NCBI GenBank assembly: GCA_044228045.1
Contig: JBGAVQ010000001.1
Span: forward strand, 32,792 to 96,791
DNA: 64,000 nt
Origin: Spirosomataceae bacterium
GTDB taxonomy: Bacteria; Bacteroidota; Bacteroidia; Cytophagales; Spirosomataceae
Direction of reading: 5' to 3'
Shown: in pieces, positions 50,019-58,355 of the stretch
Layout: every line of letters begins with the position of its first letter
How positions within the stretch are numbered: the first letter of the stretch is position 1
Program-made: the position numbers and the translations under genes
Notes under the pieces: generated by a model
The model's database searches: none
The model's input: the letters and a program-made list of their open reading frames with translations, nothing else
What the model was told of the DNA's origin: nothing

Positions 50019-50806
50019 TTATTCTGGTTTTGGACCTTTTGAAACAATCTTTCTCAGCAAGCCAGGAATCCAACGTTGCAACCAAACAAAAACTCTCCCG
50101 TGGGTTGTGAAAATATAATTTCTTTTCCGCTTAATTATTGCCTTTACCATAACTTTCGCAGCTACATCTGTTGGCCACATTAAATTTGCAGGACGTGGAT
50201 CCGGACGTTCAGGGTGCCACATGCCTTCATTATCAATCTTGGCAATCTCCGACACCACAAATCCAGGATGTAGGGTAGTACAACTCACACCAGTACCCAT
50301 TAATTCAACCTGCAAGGTCAGACCAATTGAATGTACAGCGGCTTTTGAGGCACCATAGGCTCCGATATTAGGATTGGGAAGATAAGCTCCTACACTGCCC
50401 ACTAAACCAATGCGCCCCTGATTTTGTTTCAAATGTGGTATGGCGTATTTTACAGTCAATGCTAACCCAGTAACATTACCTTGTAATTGCCTATTCCAAT
50501 CTTTCGCAGTCAACTTATCTATACTTCCAAAAACGCCAAATCCGGCATTGGCCACAGCAACATCTAAACGCCCCCAAGTGGTCATTATACTTTGAACAGC
50601 ATTTTCTATTGATTTTTCTTCCATAATATCAACAGGAACTACCAATGCTTCGCCACCCGAATTCTTAATCTCGATAGCTATCTCTTCTAATAATTCTTTA
50701 CGTCTAGCAGAAAGCACCACTTTATATCCCACTCAAAGGCCATAGCTTTGCCAATACCAGACGAAGCACCTGTTATCCAAACAACGTTTTCATTTGTATT
50801 TGTCAT
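50019..50806 (-). pseudogene. SDR family oxidoreductase, frameshifted near codon 25
   Basis: The N-terminal piece, from ATG at 50806, reads MTNTNENVVWITGASSGIGKAMAFEW and then hits a stop after 12 more codons. The rest (GYKVVLSARRKELL...YGASKAAV...) continues in another frame as ORF 50019..50732, which only has a GTG pseudo-start preceded by TGA. This is consistent with an internal deletion of about 10 nt. Confidence 0.7.
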
Positions 50807-51153
50807 GGCAAATTTTATTTAGTTAAACTATTCGATTTCAAGCTGACACACAACGGGCAGGGCTTTGTGCAGGTTGGGAAATAGAATTCCGTCTGCCTGG
50901 AACCGCTGCTGATTGAAAATATAAAGTTGAAGTTAAGAAAAAAGTTCAACGATGTACGTCCAGCCCCGCATTTGTTTGGCTCTGCCGAGCGAAAACTATC
51001 TACAAGCCCCCTCTGGGCGGCATTTGAATGAGTTGGATAGCTTTACAAGAACACGACAATAGTACTCAAAATAGAACTGCTCTTATTCTGTTTTTCTTTG
51101 TTCAAACATCATTATTTGGTCTTACTTATCAAACTTTATTACCCAACCTAAGC

Positions 51154-51186
51154 ATAAAAAAACCTTGATTTGCCAAGGTTTTTTAT
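51154..51186. terminator. bidirectional terminator downstream of the DUF4440-like gene
   Basis: AAAAAA-AACCTTG-loop-CAAGGTT-TTTTTT. Confidence 0.65.
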
Positions 51187-51203
51187 TCAAAAGAGAAGAA
51201 ATA

Positions 51204-51626
51204 CTATTGTCGAATGGGTGTAAACTGCATTTGTAAGGCTTTCCAAGTGGCACCTCTTTTGATGTAGATGTTGGTATAGTAAGCCCGAAGATCAAAGTTA
51301 GCACCTTGAATCTGCCCTTTTGCTTTGCAAGTGCCTCTTACAATAGCTAAATCACCAACTATTTTTGTATCAGTACTTTCAGCCTCGGCTACATCAAATG
51401 TGCCATAACCACCTTTAAGGCCAGTTATCACAGTTTCTTTATCGTAAGTATTACCATCGAAGGCAATCAACGAAAACTCCATATCGGCATTATTCTCAAT
51501 GGCGGTGGCATCTTCATCTTGGAGGGCTTTGAAAAGTAATTTGTTTTGATCGGCGATGTCGTCGGGCAAGGGGGTGTTAAATGCCAAAAGCGGAAGCAAT
51601 ACTACCAAGGCAATCAGTTTTTTCAT
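51204..51626 (-). CDS. nuclear transport factor 2 / SnoaL-like (DUF4440) secreted protein
   Basis: Probable start at MKKLIALVVLLPLLAF. Size and pattern are typical of DUF4440 proteins. Confidence 0.6.
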   Translation of the reverse strand: MKKLIALVVLLPLLAFNTPLPDDIADQNKLLFKALQDEDATAIENNADMEFSLIAFDGNTYDKETVITGLKGGYGTFDVAEAESTDTKIVGDLAIVRGTCKAKGQIQGANFDLRAYYTNIYIKRGATWKALQMQFTPIRQ

Positions 51627-51649
51627 AATAGTGATTAGTTTTGTTTCCT

Positions 51650-51703
51650 TCAAAAATACAAAAGATTCACTAATTCCTTCTAAGTAGAATTGGTGAATCT
51701 TTT
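51650..51703 (-). terminator. possible terminator after the RND adaptor gene
   Basis: On the minus strand: AAAGATTCAC, a 22-nt loop, GTGAATCTTT, then TTGTATTTTTG. The stem is 10 bp but the loop is long. Confidence 0.4.
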
Positions 51704-51736
51704 GGTCTATTGTCTCTTTTCTGAATATCTCTTATC

Positions 51737-52909
51737 TCAATTGTTCTTTACCCCCTTAATTTCTACATCTCCGTCGGGTTTTACTTGCAAAATACCTACG
51801 GTAATAAGGGTATCACCAGCCGTGAGGCCATTCTTGATTTCTACTTCACGGTCACCTCGAATACCCAACTCAACAGCTTGTGACGTGGCTTTGCCATTTT
51901 TGACCAAATAAACTTTATGGCCACTGAGGTCGGGAATCACCGCTTCGGTAGGCACTACAATGGCATTGCCTTTGGTACCCATTACTAATTCGATACGAGC
52001 AAATGAGCCAGGTATTAAAGTTCTGTTGCCATTGGGGCTGGTAGCCCTAAGTTGTAATGTACGAGTTTGGGGGTCAATTTTGGGATCAATAGCATAAACT
52101 GTGCCTGTATAGACGAGGTCAGAATTCTCAACAGTAAATTGAATTTTACTTCCTTTGCGAATAATGGGGGCATATTTAGCCGGTACTGCAAAGTCTAATT
52201 TGGCAGGGTTGAGGTTTGTCAGTGTGGCTATACGAGTGTTCGGTGTAATATAACTACCTTCACTTACATAGCGCAAGCCGATAGTACCATCAAAAGGAGC
52301 ACGAATAACTGTTCGGCTCAATTGAGCTTTGATGTTGTCAATATCTGCTTGTAGTGTATTGACACTCGTGACAGAAATATCATATTCACGTTGGCTAATG
52401 GCTTCTTTTTCAAGGAGTCTCTTTTGACGAAACTCGTTTTCCTCGGCGAGTTTTTTGCTATATTCTAACTTCTTGAGTTGAGCTTGTAGGTCATCATCAA
52501 AAATTTTGAAGAGTATTGCACCTTTTTTTGCATAGTCACCTTCTCGAAGCAACAATTGGGTAATTCTTCCTGAAATCTCAGAACGAATTTCTACTTCTTC
52601 GTTTGCCAAAATAGAACCAGTGGCTTTGATAATGTCATTGAGCGGTTTAGTACGCACAATCATCACACTCACAGCGGTTTTGCCTCCTCCCATTCCGCCG
52701 CCAGCACCGCCCTTGCCACCACCTTTGTTGGCACCACCTCCATTTGAGCCATTGCCACCGCCAGGTGCCATACTTGCCATATTGCCGCCACCTTTGCCAT
52801 CTTTTTCATTAGTAGATGAAAGAGATTTTTTGAGTTTTGGATAAAAGGCAATACCCAAAATGATAGCAATAATAAGAAGGGTTAGGAGGGTTTTGAGTGC
52901 TTTTGGCAT
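51737..52909 (-). CDS. efflux RND transporter periplasmic adaptor subunit (MFP) with a Gly-rich N-terminal linker
   Basis: 390 aa with a TM anchor, a GGGNGSNGGGANKGGGKGGAGGGMGGGK tract, and then lipoyl/hairpin/beta-barrel MFP motifs (GDYAKKGAILFKI, IRAPFDGTIG). Confidence 0.9.
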   Translation of the reverse strand: MPKALKTLLTLLIIAIILGIAFYPKLKKSLSSTNEKDGKGGGNMASMAPGGGNGSNGGGANKGGGKGGAGGGMGGGKTAVSVMIVRTKPLNDIIKATGSILANEEVEIRSEISGRITQLLLREGDYAKKGAILFKIFDDDLQAQLKKLEYSKKLAEENEFRQKRLLEKEAISQREYDISVTSVNTLQADIDNIKAQLSRTVIRAPFDGTIGLRYVSEGSYITPNTRIATLTNLNPAKLDFAVPAKYAPIIRKGSKIQFTVENSDLVYTGTVYAIDPKIDPQTRTLQLRATSPNGNRTLIPGSFARIELVMGTKGNAIVVPTEAVIPDLSGHKVYLVKNGKATSQAVELGIRGDREVEIKNGLTAGDTLITVGILQVKPDGDVEIKGVKNN

Positions 52910-52960
52910 AGTATTATGAAACTAATTGGTCTTATCTCAACAAAGTTGCTAAGTGTCTGG

Positions 52961-52999
52961 TTCAAATACAAAACCCCTGCGATAAAGGCAGGGGCTTTG
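52961..52999 (-). terminator. intrinsic terminator after SusD-1
   Basis: Minus strand: CAAAGCCCCTGC-CTTTAT-GCAGGGGTTTTG (12 bp) running into TATTTG. Confidence 0.75.
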
Positions 53000-53028
53000 C
53001 GGATATAAACCCAAAATGTGACAACGAA

Positions 53029-54618
53029 TTAGTAGCCTGGGTTTTGTTGTTTTGCCAAAGTAGCATTCCGAGATAACTCATCTGCTGGAATTGGCCACAA
53101 GAAACGGTAATCTGTATAAGGAATCGCTGGAATAGTACGAGTTAGCGTTGGTGGCGTGGTAAAGTTGTAGGTAGTGAATACGGCATTACCATAAGCCATC
53201 TTTGACGGAATTCCACCTGTGTTGAACGTGGCATCTAAAGCCAAGCGGTGAATATCGGCCCAACGACGGCCTTCTCCCAAAAATTCGATGCGACGCTCAG
53301 TCAAAATACCCTGAATCAAGGCATTTTTATTAGCAAACGAAGCCGCCGTATATTGGTTTGCTGCCGTAGTAACTGCACGGTTCCGAACGGCATTTAATAG
53401 TGCAAGCGCACGGGCATCTACCCCTGTGCCTAAGCGAGCAGCAGCTTCTGCTACATTAAGCAATACCTCAGCATATCGCATGATAGGGGAATTGTCCGAC
53501 CGGTTGGTGTAGTCTGTGTATTTTTGTGAGAAATAGCTACGGCCATTTTGATTCATTAACTGGCGGCGGAGGTCGTCGCCACGCCATTCGGGCAAGTTAT
53601 AAGCAATAGGACTCACAACAATTAACCCACGGCCACCCAAGGTAGGGTTGCCCATCATGGCTGCTAAGGCACCGTTTACACCTGCGTTGTCTTGAGCATT
53701 GTTTTCAATAGAGAACACGGCCTCGGTAGTGAAACCATTTTGGAATGGCCCCAATGGGCTTGCTGTTAGGGCAAATCCACTGATCGGACTCGTGAATGGT
53801 GCAGCAGCCGAAATGATTTTGTCGCCTTCGGTTACTACGCCTTGCCAGTCACCTTGGTGTAATTTGACTCGGGTTTTTAGGGCAATTGCCGCACCTTTTA
53901 CTGGGCGAACAATCCGCAAGTTACCAGCACGAGTAGCAGGAAGATTGGTTTCGGCAAAATCTAAGTCACCATTGATAAACTTATAGACCTCTGCTACTGT
54001 GTTGCGAGGTTGGGCAATGGCTTTGTCCACCGAAGAAGGTGAATTGATAGCAAAATCACGAATAGGTACGCCCAATTCAGCACCACTTTTTTCGGCAAAT
54101 GGGCGGGCAAAATTAACCAACAATTCATGGTAAGCCAAGGCACGCATAAACCGGCATTCGCCTTCATAAGCAACAGCCTGGGCATCAGTAATCGTTTTAG
54201 CTGCAGCCGCAGCCTTTACGCCTTCAATTACTACATTGCACTGATTGATAAGTGTGAAGAGCGTATTCCACATCCATACATTGTTTGCCGAAAACGGTGT
54301 ATAAGAAGACTCATAAGTAACTTGATAAAACAAGGCTTGGTTGAGCATGTCTTCACCACGCATATCGCCTTGCTCAATAGAGGCAGACCCAAACGGATAG
54401 CCACGTACTGCACCACCTGCATAGGTGCCGCTTTGGGCGGCATTGTACATACCAATAATGGCCAACTCAACTCGTTGAGCCGACGAAAACGCCGTAGATT
54501 CTGAAAAAGCATCGGCAGGTTGTAGCTCAGTGATGTCGTTACATGACGTAGCTACCAGCAATCCTACTGCCAAAATACCCACTTTGGGTATGATTTGAGT
54601 TATGTTTTTGACTTTCAT
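53029..54618 (-). CDS. RagB/SusD family nutrient uptake outer membrane protein (SusD-1)
   Basis: 529 aa with a lipoprotein signal (LLVATSC). SusD-like TPR core motifs are present (RALAYHELLVNFA, LNVAEAAARLG, ILTERRIEFLGEGRRWADIHR). Confidence 0.93.
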   Translation of the reverse strand: MKVKNITQIIPKVGILAVGLLVATSCNDITELQPADAFSESTAFSSAQRVELAIIGMYNAAQSGTYAGGAVRGYPFGSASIEQGDMRGEDMLNQALFYQVTYESSYTPFSANNVWMWNTLFTLINQCNVVIEGVKAAAAAKTITDAQAVAYEGECRFMRALAYHELLVNFARPFAEKSGAELGVPIRDFAINSPSSVDKAIAQPRNTVAEVYKFINGDLDFAETNLPATRAGNLRIVRPVKGAAIALKTRVKLHQGDWQGVVTEGDKIISAAAPFTSPISGFALTASPLGPFQNGFTTEAVFSIENNAQDNAGVNGALAAMMGNPTLGGRGLIVVSPIAYNLPEWRGDDLRRQLMNQNGRSYFSQKYTDYTNRSDNSPIMRYAEVLLNVAEAAARLGTGVDARALALLNAVRNRAVTTAANQYTAASFANKNALIQGILTERRIEFLGEGRRWADIHRLALDATFNTGGIPSKMAYGNAVFTTYNFTTPPTLTRTIPAIPYTDYRFLWPIPADELSRNATLAKQQNPGY

Positions 54619-54642
54619 AATGGTTTCTTGTCAAGATAATGG

Positions 54643-57600
54643 TTACAAACCTAAACTGATACCGAACGAGATAGTACGAATGATAGGGTTAGCACTTTGA
54701 TCCACACCAAATGTACTGTTGCCTGTTGTAGAGCTAAGTTCAGGGTCTAAGCCTTGGTAGTTTGTGAAAATGAATGGGTTTTGTACCTGACCGTAAACCC
54801 GTAGCGAACGAATACCGTTGACACCTGTTTTGCTCAACAACGATTGAGGCAAGCGGTATCCCAAGATGATGTTCTGAATCCGCAAGAAGTCACCTTTTTC
54901 CAAGAAACGGCTATCTGCTGCACCTGTGTTGTTGATAGGGGCTTCACGGCCAATCCAAAGACGAGGTACGTTAGTTACTTGTCCTTCTTTGGTCCAACGG
55001 TCTAAAATTTCAGTACCGTTGTTTTGGAAACCTTGGTTCAAGAGGGTCTCTTGGCGGGTAACGTTCATAATCATATTGCCACCTGAGTATCGGGCAAATA
55101 CCTCAAAATCAAAGCCTTTGTATTTGAAGCTATTGGTTAAGCCACCTTGCCAAATCGGGTTTGAGTTACCAAGAAGTGTACGGTCAGTAGTAGCACTTAG
55201 CGTAGCTGCAGTAGCCACATCGGCAGGATTTGATGGACTGTAAGCACGGTAAGTACCAGTAGCAATGTTATACTGAACAATATTGCCAGTTACATCACCT
55301 TTAAACCACATTGGGTTACCATTGGCAGGGTTTACACCCGCCCACGAGTAGCCAAAGAATGAGCCAATTGGTTGGCCTACTCGGTTAATGTGATAGGTAA
55401 AGATTACGTCTTCGTTGTTGTTGAGCGCCGTAACCTTATTTTTGATATTTGAGTAGTTGAAGCTAACATTCCAAACAAACTCACCTTTTTTGATAACATC
55501 AGCATCAAGCGATAGCTCAAAGCCTTTGTTTTCCATGGCGCCAATGTTTTTGTTGATACCGTTGCCTGGCACACCCAATGACGGTGCTGTTGGTGCAAAC
55601 AATACAAGGTTATCAACTTTGTTTTGGAAGTAGTCTAAGTTGATGTTAATGCGGTTTTTGAGCAGGCCTAAGTCTAAGCCAACGTTCACTTTCTTGCTTT
55701 GTTCCCATTTCAAGTCTGGGTTACCAGTGTTGTCAAAGGCAATACCAGTCTGTGAAGCATACTGAGCAGCTCCAAATGTGCCTAAATATGGGAAGAAACC
55801 AATATTAGTGTTACCCACCACAGCATAGCTACCTTTGAGGCGAAGGTCTGAGATAACATCGGCAATTGGGCTGTCTTTGATGAAACTTTCTTGCGAAATA
55901 CGCCATGCTACCGAACCACTGGAACGTGCCTCGGCGATTGGCCACTGGCAACGACGAAAGACCATCGTTACGAGCAGTAAGGCTTACGAAATATTTGCCA
56001 GCATAGTTATAGTTCAAACGACCAAAGTAAGAATCAAAAGAATCTTGAATAAAACCACCACCCGATAGCTGCGTACCAAAGCTACCACTGATGAGGTTTT
56101 CTTGAATAAAGAATAACTCAGAGAACCCTTGCCCTTGAGCATCAATAAATTTAGAAGTACGTTTTTGATACTCAAGTCCAGCTACAAAATTAACATTGTG
56201 CTTGTCGGCAAATGTTTTGTTGTAGCTAAGGGTATTTTGCCAGTTCCATTGCGAAGTAGGGCGATACCGTTGAAAAACAACCCCATTAGCACCCCGTCCA
56301 TCGCCGTGGCGAGGGTCAAGGCTCTGGAAGTCGTCTTGGGTAAGCATATCCACTGCAATTTGAGTACGCAATTTCAAGCCATCAATAATGTTGGCTTCGG
56401 CGTAAGTATTACCAATAATACGGTTGTTGGTGGTAATAAACTTGTTGTTGGCCAACACAAACGCAATGTTTGTGAAGTTGTTATCAACAGGGCGAAGGTT
56501 GTTGCCTTGTCCTAAGGCTGCTCCGTCAGTAGTAATGTTATAACCACCAAAGCGGGTATTGGCTTCGTCATAAGGTGAAACGTTAGGTAATAGACGTGCC
56601 GCACCTGTTACGTTACCCGATAAAGCATTACCACCTGTGTTGAGGTTTGAGAACTGACCACGAGTGTAGCTAAGGCTTGTGCCAACAGTAATCCATTTGT
56701 TAATGCTGTGGTCAAGATTAGCTCTAAACGAATAGCGTTTTTGAGCATTGGCCACAATCGGCCCTTCGTTGTCCAAAAAGCCTAACGAGAAGAAATAATT
56801 TGTTTTGTCATTGGCTCCATTCATGGACAGGGCGTGGTTCTGAACAAAACCATTTCTAAAAATCACATCTTGCCAGTCGGTATTTTCACCATTCAAACCT
56901 GCACGAGCCTGCTCAGGTTGACCAGCATTGCGGTATTTTTCATTAGCAATTTCAACAAACTGTGTGGCATTCAGCAAACTGAGTTTATTGATAGGCGAGT
57001 TAGAACCAAAGCTGGCATCGTAATTAACGGCCATTTTACCTTTGTTGCCTTTACCACGCTTGGTTGTAATCAAAATTACACCATTGGCTGCACGAGAACC
57101 AAAAATGGCTGTAGCTGCCCCATCTTTCAACACCTCATAAGACTCAATGTCGGACGGATTAAGGTCAGTCAAAGGGTCTGCTGCACCAACACCGCCATAA
57201 GGGTTAGAAGTAACTGGCACGTTGTCAATTACGATAAGCGGGTCTGCGCCAGACGAGATGGAGTTTGTACCACGAATCCGGATGCGAGGTGCCTGTCCTA
57301 ACAAACCGTTCGGTACGGTTACTTGCACACCCGCCGCACGACCTGCCAACTGTGTAGCAAACGATGGCGTAACAAGGCTGGCAATGCTACTACCTTTGAT
57401 AGAGGTAAGCGAGCCTGTTACGTTTCCTTTTTTCTCGGTACCATACCCAATAATGACTACTTGCTCAAGTTCTTTGGCATCGACATTAAGTTTTACATCA
57501 ATGGTATTTCGGTTACCAATGGCACCTTCTTGAGTGGTGTAGCCAATAAAGCTAAATACTAACACGGCGTTGTTGGGTACGCTAATTTTGTAACTACCGT

Positions 57601-57769
57601 TGGCATCAGTAGTAGTACCCCGAGTAGTTCCTTTAATGGCCACACTCACGCCTGGCAATAAGCTTCCATCGTCAGAAGAAGTCACCTTCCCCGTTACGAC
57701 TCGATCTTGGGCCAACACTTGCCCTGCAAGTCCCAGCCACAGCAAAAAGCCCAGTAGCTTTCTGTTCAT
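54643..57769 (-). pseudogene. SusC/RagA family TonB-linked outer membrane protein (SusC-1), interrupted by a single frameshift
   Basis: ORFs 55829..57769 (N-terminal carboxypeptidase-regulatory-like domain, plug, barrel) and 54643..55965 (barrel C-terminus ending ISFGISLGL) overlap in different frames. The junction is ...LPVANRRGTF|SGSVAWRISQESF at about 55921-55922. Total length is 3127 nt (3n+1), consistent with one extra base. Confidence 0.8.
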
Positions 57770-57779
57770 AGGAGTTTAA

Positions 57780-57791
57780 TTTTAATTGGTT
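57780..57791 (-). repeat. 12-nt motif AACCAATTAAAA (minus strand), proximal copy, 10 nt upstream of the SusC-1 ATG
   Basis: Exact 12-mer shared with 57984-57995, 62821-62832 and 63031-63042. Confidence 0.8.
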
Positions 57792-57931
57792 TAACTATAA
57801 ATAAAAAGTATGCCACATTAAACCTATACGGTACAATGTGATTGATGCCTCTTACCCTTTAAATGGGGTATAGAAACAGAGGATCCAACATTAAAACACT
57901 AAAAAATGGGCGGCAAGTAGTAAAAACGCCA

Positions 57932-57970
57932 CTAATGATAATATTGAGAAGAACGTAGGAATAGTTTCAT
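57932..57970 (-). CDS. candidate 12-codon upstream ORF in the SusC-1 leader (MKLFLRSSQYYH)
   Basis: The ATG lies 13 nt downstream of the distal AACCAATTAAAA copy, the same spacing class as the susC start. A paralogous uORF is in the SusC-2 leader. Confidence 0.35.
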   Translation of the reverse strand: MKLFLRSSQYYH

Positions 57971-57983
57971 GTAGTTAAGATAA

Positions 57984-57995
57984 TTTTAATTGGTT
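57984..57995 (-). repeat. 12-nt motif AACCAATTAAAA, distal copy in the SusC-1 leader
   Basis: Exact repeat, 204 nt upstream of the proximal copy. Confidence 0.8.
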
Positions 57996-58061
57996 GATGA
58001 AAAATAATTAACAATCGCAATGTCAAAATCGTATAACGATAATTATGTGACACTTGTTATG

Positions 58062-58069
58062 CAAAATTA
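58062..58069 (-). promoter_or_regulatory. candidate -7 box TAATTTTG for SusC-1/SusD-1
   Basis: The minus strand reads ccaacTAATTTTGcataac. The same octamer lies in the equivalent position upstream of SusC-2. Confidence 0.45.
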
Positions 58070-58114
58070 GTTGGAATAAGGAAGATGTTTTAAAAAAGAA
58101 TAAAAAAATGTCAT

Positions 58115-58128
58115 TTTTTCGACAAATG
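58115..58128. promoter_or_regulatory. shared upstream box TTTTTCGACAAATG (imperfect palindrome around TCGA), copy 1
   Basis: Identical 14-mer at 63164-63177. It is located upstream of the candidate -7 box. Confidence 0.4.
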
Positions 58129-58284
58129 ACACGATTATTATCATTTTTTGCCACTTATTGGTATATTAATTCCTTGAAAATCAAAGATTGTAATGTTTCC
58201 CAAATAAGTAAACAAAGGTTTTCAGATAAGCATATTCATCTTATAATATCATAATTAGTGTAGTCTCAATAAAGTGGATATGTA

Positions 58285-58325
58285 GCTTAAAATGCAAAGC
58301 CCCAGTCATTGAGACCGAGGCTTTG
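58285..58325 (-). terminator. intrinsic terminator after SusD-2
   Basis: Minus strand: CAAAGCCTC-loop-GGGGCTTTG (9 bp with one G-U) followed by CATTTTAA. Confidence 0.6.
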
Positions 58326-58355
58326 TAGATATAAACTCAAAATGTAACAACAAGA

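Noticed and set aside
49696-50118. A 140-aa plus-strand ORF overlapping the 3' end of the SDR gene.
   Set aside because: It overlaps the better-supported SDR coding sequence antisense. It has no recognisable domain, and its upstream half lies in a stop-rich decayed region.
32690-51736. Inverted repeats at the boundaries of the hypothetical inversion that separated the RND adaptor and permease.
   Set aside because: Comparing 32690-32770 with the reverse complement of 51654-51736 by eye showed no similarity. The inversion idea is therefore retained only as a low-confidence inference.
52620-52869. Pro-rich and Gly-rich ORFs overlapping the RND adaptor gene.
   Set aside because: They are alternate-frame or antisense artefacts of the Gly-rich linker coding repeats.
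58054-58254. A 66-aa ORF in the SusD-2/SusC-1 intergenic region, and the ORFs at 62938-63174, 63041-63253 and 63240-63464.
   Set aside because: They lie in AT-rich leader or promoter DNA, have low-complexity translations, and conflict with the promoter and leader elements and with the M20 amidohydrolase frame starting at 63352.
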